Source: Elusimicrobiota bacterium (GTDB taxonomy: Bacteria > Elusimicrobiota > Elusimicrobia > UBA1565). Taken from it: a stretch of DNA of 32,309 nt. Shown piece by piece: positions 16,654-23,976 of the stretch. Made by a program: the position numbers and the translations under genes. The stretch's first letter is position 1. Every line of letters begins with the position of its first letter. The DNA lies in contig JBDREN010000208.1 in assembly GCA_043819795.1 (NCBI GenBank), positions 1 through 32,309 on the forward strand, given 5' to 3'. The notes beneath the pieces are model-generated. The model ran no database searches. It had not been told where the DNA came from and worked only from the letters and a program-made list of their open reading frames with translations.

Positions 16654-18867
16654 ATGAAGAGGAACAAGCGGATGCCGCCGGAGCTGCTCGCGATCGAGCG
16701 CAGGCTCAAGACGCTCGGCTACGAGGACAAGATCGCGGGGCTGCCCGCCATCCTCAACGTGGAGCAGAAGTACTTCTTCCCGTACGCCCTTCCTTTGGGC
16801 CAGCACTACGACCCGGACCGCCACGAGGAGGCGCTGGTCCTTCTCGACCGCTACGTCGCCGGAGCGCCGGACGACGCGCGGGCGCTGGCGCTCCGGGGAC
16901 GGATACTGCGGCTCTTGAGCCGCAAGGACGACGCCCTGGAGGACCTCGACGAGTCGCTCGACCTGGACCCGCAGGACGCGCAGGCCATGGGGTGGCGCGG
17001 GGAGCTGCTGACCCACATGGGGAAGAGCGACCTCGGCCTGGGCGACCTCGAGACCGCGGTCGGCATCGCGCCGGGCTGGATATGGCCGTATCTTTGGATG
17101 GCGGTCTGCCAGCTCACCCGCAACGAGGCCGACCTGGGGGTCGAGACCCTCGATAGGGCGCTCGCCGTGGACCCGCGCTGCGTCCCGGCCTACCTGCTGC
17201 GCGGGCGCGTGCGGTTGGAGGAGAAGAAGACGGGCGAGGCCCTGGCCGACTTCGAGGAGGCGGTGCGCCTAGACCCTCTGTGCACGGGAGCTCTCGTCCT
17301 GAAGAGCCGGGCGCTGGCCGCCGCCGGCGACATCAAGGGCTCCGCCCGGGCGATCTTCGAGGCGACGCGCCTGGAGCCCGACGCGAAGACGTTCTACTCC
17401 GAGCTGATCTCGGGCGCCGGGCCCCTCGAGAACAGCGAGCAGTCGCTCAAGAAGCTCGACGACTTCATCAAGCGCCACCCCAAAGCGGGCTGGGCCCACG
17501 CCCTGCGCGGGGACATGCTGCGCATGGCGGTCTTCGGGCGCGTGGAGGAGGGGATCGAGGAGCTCAAGGCCGCGGCCAAGCTCGAGCCGAAGACTCCCTG
17601 GATCCGCGCCTGCCTCGGCCGCGCGCGCATGCAGTACTTCTTCGTCAAGGAAGGGCTCAAGGACCTCGAGAAGGCCGCGCAGATGGACCCCAAGTGCGCC
17701 TGGCTGCGCATGTGGAACGCCGAGGCGAAGCGCCGCGCCAAGCTCTTCGACGAGGCCCGCAAGGACTTCTCGGCCGCCGCCCGGATGGCTCCGGGCATGC
17801 CCGAGCCCCGCATGTGGCTGGGGCGCCTGCACTGCGACAAGAAGCAGTACGCGAGCGCCATCCCGGAGTTCTCCCGCGCGGTACGGCTGGACCCGGCCTA
17901 CGGGTACGCCTACGCGAGGCGGGGCGAGGCGTTCTTCGCTTTGAAGCGCTACGACGAGGCCGTGCTCGACTTCGACCGGGCGCTGAACCTGAAGCTTCTG
18001 GGATACGAGGACGAGGTGTGGGCCCTGCGGGCGCGGGCCAATTACCTCATCGGCGACTACCTGGGCGCGTTCTCGGACCTGGCCCAGGCGATCCGCCGGG
18101 ACATCAAGCGATGCTGGTTCCCGCTCGAGTACGGCGGCACGGCGATCGATCCGAAATGCTGGGGTGTGCTCGAGTCGCTCAACGACGCCATCGCGCAGAA
18201 CCCGAACGCGGGCTGGCTCTACGCCTGGCGCGGGGCCGTGAAGCTGGCGGTCGAGAAGCCCACCGACGGTGAGCAGGACCTGGACCTCTGCATCCGGATC
18301 CAGCCCAACTTCGCCTGGGCCCGCGGCTGGCGCGGGCGCCTGCACTGGCAGACGGGCCGCGCGGAGAGCGCCGCGGCCGATCTCGACGAGGCGTTGCGGA
18401 TGGACCCGCAGTGCGCGTGGCTGTGGATCTGGCGGGCGGAGCTGCGCATCTCGCTCGGAGCCTACAAAGAAGCGGTCGAGGACGCCGAGCGCGCTCTGGG
18501 GCTGTCGCTGGAGACGGCCGACGCGTACTTCGTCCGCGGGGAGGCGCTGCGGCGCCTCAAGCGCCATCAGGAGGCGAAGGCGGACCTGGACCGCGCGATC
18601 AAGGCCAACCCGCGGCATCGCTTCGCGTTCGCCAGCCGCGGCATGCTCTGCGGCGAGATGGGCGACACCGAGGGCCAGGTGGAGGACTTCCGCCGCGTGG
18701 CCCAGCTCGCCCCGGACCTGTTCCGCAAGACGGTCGAGGCCCTGGGCTCGTTCGAGGGGGCCCAGGAGATGGAGGACCTGGTCCGCCAGATCATGACGCC
18801 GGATCCCGAGCCAGCTCCGGGCGGGATGGGCGAGCTGGCGATGACCGGCGACGAGATCCCCCAATAG
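16654..18867 (+). CDS. Trp-rich TPR protein (TPR-B2), paralog of 3886-6114, 737 aa
   Basis: GGGAGGAG RBS. Shares blocks with TPR-B1: LEPDAKTF, QYF(Y/F)VKEGLKD, LDPAYGYAYA, RDIK.CWFPLEY. Confidence 0.92.
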   Translation: MKRNKRMPPELLAIERRLKTLGYEDKIAGLPAILNVEQKYFFPYALPLGQHYDPDRHEEALVLLDRYVAGAPDDARALALRGRILRLLSRKDDALEDLDESLDLDPQDAQAMGWRGELLTHMGKSDLGLGDLETAVGIAPGWIWPYLWMAVCQLTRNEADLGVETLDRALAVDPRCVPAYLLRGRVRLEEKKTGEALADFEEAVRLDPLCTGALVLKSRALAAAGDIKGSARAIFEATRLEPDAKTFYSELISGAGPLENSEQSLKKLDDFIKRHPKAGWAHALRGDMLRMAVFGRVEEGIEELKAAAKLEPKTPWIRACLGRARMQYFFVKEGLKDLEKAAQMDPKCAWLRMWNAEAKRRAKLFDEARKDFSAAARMAPGMPEPRMWLGRLHCDKKQYASAIPEFSRAVRLDPAYGYAYARRGEAFFALKRYDEAVLDFDRALNLKLLGYEDEVWALRARANYLIGDYLGAFSDLAQAIRRDIKRCWFPLEYGGTAIDPKCWGVLESLNDAIAQNPNAGWLYAWRGAVKLAVEKPTDGEQDLDLCIRIQPNFAWARGWRGRLHWQTGRAESAAADLDEALRMDPQCAWLWIWRAELRISLGAYKEAVEDAERALGLSLETADAYFVRGEALRRLKRHQEAKADLDRAIKANPRHRFAFASRGMLCGEMGDTEGQVEDFRRVAQLAPDLFRKTVEALGSFEGAQEMEDLVRQIMTPDPEPAPGGMGELAMTGDEIPQ

Positions 18868-18884
18868 GGTACGAGGAGACGACG

Positions 18885-19454
18885 ATGGCGAAGAAGGCCC
18901 GAAAGAAGGGCGTCCGGAAAAAGAAGGCGTCACCGTTCGACGGAACGATTTTGCCGCCGATCCCGCGCATCACCATACCCCGGGAGGTGCGCGAGGCCTT
19001 GCCGGAGCCCGTGGATCCCCGGCTCAAGGCATGGGCCGAGCAGGCCGAGGTCGAGGTCATCCGGGACCGGATCGGGTTCGACGTGAGCAAGGAGGTCACC
19101 CACTTCTCTCGCAACCTGGGCCTCAGCGGGGAGCAGAAGAGGCGGGTGACCCTCCACATGTCGGCCAAGAACCGTCTGCTGAGGGAACACGCCACGGTCC
19201 GCCGGGCGCACCGGGAGAAGACCTTCGCGCTGCACAGGCAGATCCTGGCCCTCAACCGCAAGTTCGACAAGATGCTCAAGCGCATGGAGGTCGAGGAGGA
19301 CGAGGTCCAGGCGCGCGTCCGCAAGGAGCTCCGGCCGGACCAAAAGAAGCAGTACGACCTGCTGCTGCAGGAGCGCGACCGCATCGAGAAGGAGTGGCTC
19401 CGCTCCTACGAGAAGCGGGTCAGGGAGCTGCCGCCTCCGCGCGGAAACGTATAG
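18885..19454 (+). CDS. Hypothetical helical protein, 189 aa, with two LTxxQ-like motifs (Spy/CpxP-like)
   Basis: Start moved from 18411 to ATG 18885 (GAGGAG upstream). Basic N-terminus, Pro-rich segment, then LGLSGEQKRRV and LRPDQKKQY flanking a charged helix. The CDS is well supported; the family call is tentative. Confidence 0.7.
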   Translation: MAKKARKKGVRKKKASPFDGTILPPIPRITIPREVREALPEPVDPRLKAWAEQAEVEVIRDRIGFDVSKEVTHFSRNLGLSGEQKRRVTLHMSAKNRLLREHATVRRAHREKTFALHRQILALNRKFDKMLKRMEVEEDEVQARVRKELRPDQKKQYDLLLQERDRIEKEWLRSYEKRVRELPPPRGNV

Positions 19455-21017
19455 GTGAGCGTCCAATCGGAGCTCTCGCGCTTGGCGCCGCGCGGGCGCG
19501 TGGTCTTTTCAAGCGAAGGGCTCAGATACTACGCTTCCGATTTCGCCGGCCACGCCTGCGGCAGGGCGCTCGCCGCGGTCCGTCCCGTCTCGATCGAGGA
19601 GGTCGCGGCCCTGGTGCGATGGGCGCGGCGCCGCCGGATCCCCCTGGTCCCGGCGGGCTCTTTGACCAGCTTCTGGGGCAACATGAACGCGGGCGGCGCC
19701 GTCATCGTGGACATGCGCGGCATGTCGCGGCTGGTCGCCTTCGACGAGGCCGAGCGCACCGTGACCGTGGAGGCCGGCATGAGCGTCGCGGCTCTCGACC
19801 GCGCCCTGCGCGCCAAGGGCTTCTGCCTGCCCGTCTCCCCCACCGGCTTCGGGGCCGCGACCGTCGCTTCCATGGTGGCCAACGACACGAACGCCGGGCA
19901 CGGGATGTTCTCCGGCGATGTGGCGCCGCACCTGGTGGGCCTGACCGCGGTGCTGGGCACCGGGGAGGTCCTCCGGACCGGGGGCTCGGCCCTGCCGCCG
20001 GAGCTGCCCCGGTTCTCGCGCGCCGGGCTTCCCGATCTCGCGGGGCTGTTCCTGGCCTCGGAGGGGGCTTTGGGGATCATCACGGAGCTCGTGCTGCGCG
20101 TGCCCCCGGCCCCGCGGGTCCGCGCCTTCGAGCTGCGAGTCCCGCGGGACGTCGAGTCCTTCGAGCGCGTCGTGGCCGCGGCGCAGGCCGTGCGCGGCGG
20201 GATGCTGTGCCATTCCTGGATCCACGAGAGCTCGACGACGTCTCAGCCGGACGTGTCGCACATCCAGATCGCGGGTTACGGCTCCGGCGAGGAGCTCGAG
20301 GCCAAGCGCCTCTATCTGGCCCAGGCGTTGCGCGCCAACGGCCTTCCGCCCGCCCGGGCGCTCCGGGAGCCTCCCTCCATGTGGTTTTATCCGAAGGCCC
20401 AGCCGCGGGGGGAGGAAGGCCCGCGCCAGGCCACGAGATGGAAGGGGGTGGCGTTCGATCTTCCCTACGCGCGCGCGGTGAGGGCTTACTCGCTCTGGCA
20501 GCAGCGGCTGCGGCGGGACGTCGCGCGGCTCGCCCTGCCGAAAGGCGGGCTTCAGACCTACTTCGGGCGCGAGGCCGTTCTGGCGCTGCCCTGGTGGCTG
20601 CACTCGACGGAGGCCGGAGAGGAGCGGGCGCGCGAGCTCGAGACGAGGTTCCGCGAGGTCCTGGGCCCGCTGGGCGTGCCGTACCGGCTGGGAACGGACG
20701 TCGGCTCCCGGTTCGCGGAGCGCCTCGACCCGTCGTACCGCGAGGCCCTGGGCGCGGTTAAGCGCTGGTTCGACCCCGACGGCGTCCTGAACCCCGGCGT
20801 CGGCGTGTTCGCGGCTGCGGCCCGGAAGGGCCGCAGTGCCGGGAAAAGAATCCCGCGATCGGGCGCCGCAAAGGCGGCGGCCCGGCAGTGCCGCAGTGCC
20901 CGGCCGCCTAAGGCAGGCGTTGCGGTCCGTGGTGCAGTGGCCCGGCAGGGCCGCAGTGCCCGGCCGCCTAAGGCAGGCGTTGCGGTCCGTGGTGCGGCGA
21001 GCCGCCGCCGGCGCTGA
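19455..21017 (+). CDS. FAD-binding oxidoreductase (FAD_binding_4 / VAO-PCMH fold), paralog of 6111-8513 (FAD-2)
   Basis: GTG directly abuts the upstream TAG. Motifs DFAGH..GRA, VIVDMRGMSRL, VLGTGEVL, GLPDLAGLFLASEGALGIITEL and VKRWFDPDGVLNP. Confidence 0.88.
   Translation: MSVQSELSRLAPRGRVVFSSEGLRYYASDFAGHACGRALAAVRPVSIEEVAALVRWARRRRIPLVPAGSLTSFWGNMNAGGAVIVDMRGMSRLVAFDEAERTVTVEAGMSVAALDRALRAKGFCLPVSPTGFGAATVASMVANDTNAGHGMFSGDVAPHLVGLTAVLGTGEVLRTGGSALPPELPRFSRAGLPDLAGLFLASEGALGIITELVLRVPPAPRVRAFELRVPRDVESFERVVAAAQAVRGGMLCHSWIHESSTTSQPDVSHIQIAGYGSGEELEAKRLYLAQALRANGLPPARALREPPSMWFYPKAQPRGEEGPRQATRWKGVAFDLPYARAVRAYSLWQQRLRRDVARLALPKGGLQTYFGREAVLALPWWLHSTEAGEERARELETRFREVLGPLGVPYRLGTDVGSRFAERLDPSYREALGAVKRWFDPDGVLNPGVGVFAAAARKGRSAGKRIPRSGAAKAAARQCRSARPPKAGVAVRGAVARQGRSARPPKAGVAVRGAASRRRR
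20880..20995 (+). repeat. In-frame 60-bp tandem repeat, two near-identical copies plus a degenerate copy at about 20820-20840
   Basis: GCCCGGCAG(T/G)GCCGCAGTGCCCGGCCGCCTAAGGCAGGCGTTGCGGTCCGTGGTGC starts at 20880 and 20940. It encodes ARQ(C/G)RSARPPKAGVAVRGA twice. Confidence 0.95.
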
Positions 21018-21027
21018 TTTCCGGACT

Positions 21028-22731
21028 ATGATCCTGAAGCGCTTCCTCGTCCTCTTCCTGCCGAGCCTCGCGCTGCTCGTCGCCGCCGTCGGGTTCCTGT
21101 ATCTGCAGGACCTCAGGAAGGAGATATCCATCATCGAGTATGACCGGGACCGCGCCGTGGACCTGCAGGTGGAGATCATCGCCAAGGAATACGGTTCCGT
21201 GGCCTCGGACGTCCTGCGCCTGGCGGAGCAGAGGATCCTGCGGGACTTCCTCGTCGGTGATCCGGACCAACGCAGGCTTGCGGCGGAGTATCTCCAGGGC
21301 CATCTGGGCGAAGGGCTTTACGACCGGATCGGGTATCTGGACGGGGGGGGCAGGGAGGTGGTGCGGGTGGAATACGCCGACGGCGGGGCCCGCATCGTCC
21401 CCGACGGCCGCCTGCTTCCGGACGCGCGCCGGCTCTATTCCTCGCAGGTCTTCATCCTCAAGAGGGGGGAGGTCTACGTTTCGCCTTTCGGCCTGGGCGA
21501 GGAGGAGGGCGGGACCGCCGGCAAGCTCGATCCCGCCGTTCGATTCGCCACCCCGGTCATGGACGGCAAGGGGCACCGGCGGGGCATCCTGGTCGTCCAC
21601 TATCAGGGAGAAAGGCTTATCCGCACGCTGAACCAAGTCTCGACGAACGCGTCGGGCTTGGTCATGATCGTCGACGAGGACGGGTTCCGGCTGCGCGGTT
21701 CGGGCGCCGAAGGGGCGTCCGCGCTCGGCGGCCTCGCCTTCGCGAAGGCGCACCCGAAGGTCTGGGAAAGGATATCCAAGACCGGGAGCGGACAGTTCCT
21801 TGGGGGCGAGGGCCTGTTCACGTTCAGGACCCACGATCCCGGGGGCGCGCGTCCGGACGGGATCGTCCTGCGCACGCCTCCGGACGGGAGCTCCTTGAAG
21901 GTCGTTTCCTTCGTGCCGAGGGACCTGCTCTATCGCAAGTCCAAGCGGCTCTTGAGAAGGCTGCTGTTCCCGTTCGCCGTCGCGGTCCTGCTCTTCTCGG
22001 TCCTGGCCGGGTTCCTGTCCTATGTGGGAATGATCCGCGAGAGAGACCAAGGGAGGATCCGGGAATCGGAGTCCCGGCTGCGGCGCCTTTCGTCTCACTG
22101 GATCGCGAATCAGGAGCGGGAGCTGCGCGGGCTCTCGCGCGACCTGCACGACGACCTCGGGCAGCTTGTGACCGCGGTCTGCCTCGATCTGGAGCGGTCC
22201 CTGCGGCCGGGCGGGGGGGCGCGGAGGGAGAAGGCTATCAAACGGGCCCTGGAGGGGGCTCGGGGGGTGCTGGATAAGGTGCATGAGATCTCCTCCCGGC
22301 TCAGGCCGAGGGTCCTGGACGATCTCGGGCTGAAGGACGCCGTTCGGAGCTACCTCTCCGAATACGAGGCGAGGACCGGGATCGAGACGCGGGCCGACCT
22401 AAGGTTCGAGCATCAGGACGTGCCGGCCGACGTTCGCGGCAACGTCTACCGCATCCTTCAGGAGGCGCTGACGAACGTGTCCAAGTACGCCCGCGCCAAG
22501 AAGGTCTTCGTGGGAATGCACGCCTCCTCGGAGCGCATAACGCTGACGGTCAAAGACGAGGGCGTGGGCTTCCGCACCGACGAACTGAAGGGCGATTCGC
22601 TCGGCATTCTGAGCATGAGAGAGCGCGCGGAGCTGCTGGGGGGGGATTTCAAGCTTACGGCGGAGCCGGGCAAGGGGACCGAGGTGCGGGTCTCCATGCC
22701 CATCTCGGCGGCGGAGTCAAACCAAGTCTAA
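21028..22731 (+). CDS. Membrane sensor histidine kinase (two TM helices, Cache-like extracytoplasmic domain, HisKA_3, HATPase_c), 567 aa
   Basis: Start moved from 20836 to ATG 21028. N-terminal TM segment, second TM segment (LLFPFAVAVLLFSVLAGFL), H-box SRDLHDDLGQ, QEALTNV, DEGVGF and LGILSMRERAELLGG. Confidence 0.93.
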   Translation: MILKRFLVLFLPSLALLVAAVGFLYLQDLRKEISIIEYDRDRAVDLQVEIIAKEYGSVASDVLRLAEQRILRDFLVGDPDQRRLAAEYLQGHLGEGLYDRIGYLDGGGREVVRVEYADGGARIVPDGRLLPDARRLYSSQVFILKRGEVYVSPFGLGEEEGGTAGKLDPAVRFATPVMDGKGHRRGILVVHYQGERLIRTLNQVSTNASGLVMIVDEDGFRLRGSGAEGASALGGLAFAKAHPKVWERISKTGSGQFLGGEGLFTFRTHDPGGARPDGIVLRTPPDGSSLKVVSFVPRDLLYRKSKRLLRRLLFPFAVAVLLFSVLAGFLSYVGMIRERDQGRIRESESRLRRLSSHWIANQERELRGLSRDLHDDLGQLVTAVCLDLERSLRPGGGARREKAIKRALEGARGVLDKVHEISSRLRPRVLDDLGLKDAVRSYLSEYEARTGIETRADLRFEHQDVPADVRGNVYRILQEALTNVSKYARAKKVFVGMHASSERITLTVKDEGVGFRTDELKGDSLGILSMRERAELLGGDFKLTAEPGKGTEVRVSMPISAAESNQV

Positions 22732-22744
22732 GGGGGCGGGACGG

Positions 22745-23395
22745 ATGGCGAACCGGAAAGCCGTGCGGGTGCTGCTGGCGGACGACCACGGGATCGTCAG
22801 GGAGGGCTTGGCTCAGGTCCTTAAGGAGAGCAGGGGTATCAAGGTCGTGGGCCAAGCGGAGAACGGAGAGCAGGCGTTGGACCTGGCCGCCACGGCGCGG
22901 CCGGACGTCATCGTTCTGGATTACAGCATGCCCGACATGGACGCCCCGGCCGTGATCGAGCAGCTGGTCCGACGCCTGCCGCGGACCAGGATCCTCATCC
23001 TGACGGTACACGAGAACATCCACTACGCCGTGAAGGTCCTGGAGAGCGGCGCGCACGGCTACGTCATCAAGTCCGCCGCGGTCCAGGAGCTGGTGGACGC
23101 CATCGGCGCCGTGCACAAGGGGGAGCTCTACATCTCCCCGAGGGTGTCGCAGAAGGTCATGCAGCACATCTGGCGCCCCAGGAAGCGCCGCGCCGGCCTG
23201 GAGGCCCTTTCCCAGCGAGAGTTCAGCCTGCTGCGGGTCCTGGGGGCCGGGATGAGCCTCAAGGACTGCGCCAAGTACCTGAACATCAGCACCAGCACAG
23301 CCTCCACCTACCGATCCCGCCTCATGGAGAAGCTCAACCTCAAGAGCACCTCGGAGATCATCCGCTTCGCCCTGGAGAACGACGTCGTAGGATAG
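22745..23395 (+). CDS. NarL/FixJ (LuxR-HTH) family response regulator
   Basis: Receiver motifs VLLADDH, VLDYSMPD and GYVIKS; HTH LSQREFSLL...LNISTSTASTYRSRLMEKL. Confidence 0.96.
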   Translation: MANRKAVRVLLADDHGIVREGLAQVLKESRGIKVVGQAENGEQALDLAATARPDVIVLDYSMPDMDAPAVIEQLVRRLPRTRILILTVHENIHYAVKVLESGAHGYVIKSAAVQELVDAIGAVHKGELYISPRVSQKVMQHIWRPRKRRAGLEALSQREFSLLRVLGAGMSLKDCAKYLNISTSTASTYRSRLMEKLNLKSTSEIIRFALENDVVG

Positions 23396-23470
23396 GCGTC
23401 AGGTGTTAACTTTGTTAACCAGCTCCCGGCCAGTGGGGGCACTTAGTTGACAAAGTTAACACCTGACGCC
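23395..23470. repeat. 25-bp inverted repeat with 26-bp spacer between convergent genes (REPIN-like element or bidirectional terminator)
   Basis: 23395-23419 GGCGTCAGGTGTTAACTTTGTTAAC versus the reverse complement of 23446-23470, GGCGTCAGGTGTTAACTTTGTCAAC: 24/25 match. Confidence 0.9.
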
Positions 23471-23474
23471 CATA

Positions 23475-23780
23475 CTACTTTCCCGTCGGCTGCAGCTTCC
23501 GCAAGGGAGCGGGCCGGGGCTCCCGGATCTTGCCGTGCTCCTTCTCGTATTTGGAGATGGCGCTCTTGAGCTCGTAGAAAAGCCGCTTGGTCTGCGTCGC
23601 GTCCAGGCGGAGCCGGGCGACCATGTGGGTCATCTGGTTGCAGATCGCCGTGTTGTGGATGTGCATGTAGTCGACGACGAAGCCGTCGTCTTCAATCTCA
23701 ACGGCGGTATGATTAACGAACTTGGGCTTACTGACCTTCGGGTCCACGAACACCTGGATGGCTCTTTTCTTGACGGGCAT
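23475..23780 (-). CDS. DUF3467-like small protein, 101 aa
   Basis: Pattern FVNHTAV...FVVDYM...ARLRL...TKRL..EL...ISKYEKEHGKI matches my recollection of DUF3467. GGAGG RBS. Confidence 0.75.
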   Translation of the reverse strand: MPVKKRAIQVFVDPKVSKPKFVNHTAVEIEDDGFVVDYMHIHNTAICNQMTHMVARLRLDATQTKRLFYELKSAISKYEKEHGKIREPRPAPLRKLQPTGK

Positions 23781-23813
23781 GGGTCCCTCCGTGACGGAAA
23801 AACTAACATCGAT

Positions 23814-23822
23814 ATTCTATCA
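23814..23822 (-). promoter_or_regulatory. Extended -10 element (TGaTAGAAT) for the DUF3467-like gene
   Basis: Reverse complement reads TG-A-TAGAAT in an AT-rich patch 33 nt upstream of the start. Confidence 0.55.
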
Positions 23823-23851
23823 AGGCTGTTGTCGCCCCGCAAGCTGTCGCC

Positions 23852-23976
23852 CCCCGCGCTTCGCGCGGGGCTGATGCCTCGCTGCGGAAGGAATCTGCTC
23901 CGCTCGGTGCTCCCCCTGGGGGCTTCCGCCCCCTCGGGCCCGCAAGACCCACATCGCCTGAGTGGGCCTTGCGGGT
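23852..23976. other. Hairpin-rich intergenic element (REP-like, terminator or structured RNA)
   Basis: Stems: CCCCGCGC-ttc-GCGCGGGG (23852-23870); GGGGGC-ttcc-GCCCCC (23918-23933); CCCGCAAGaCCCAC-N9-GTGGGcCTTGCGGG (23939-23975). Confidence 0.6.

Noticed and set aside
20820..20995. 60-nt periodicity as a possible mini-CRISPR
   Set aside because: Whole units are duplicated with no unique spacers, the repeat lies in frame inside a CDS, and no cas genes are present.
1..21017. Interpreting the cluster as an anti-phage, RiPP or secretion system
   Set aside because: No NTPase, nuclease, CHAT/caspase, TIR, radical SAM, precursor peptide or secretion component is visible in the window. These cannot be excluded upstream.
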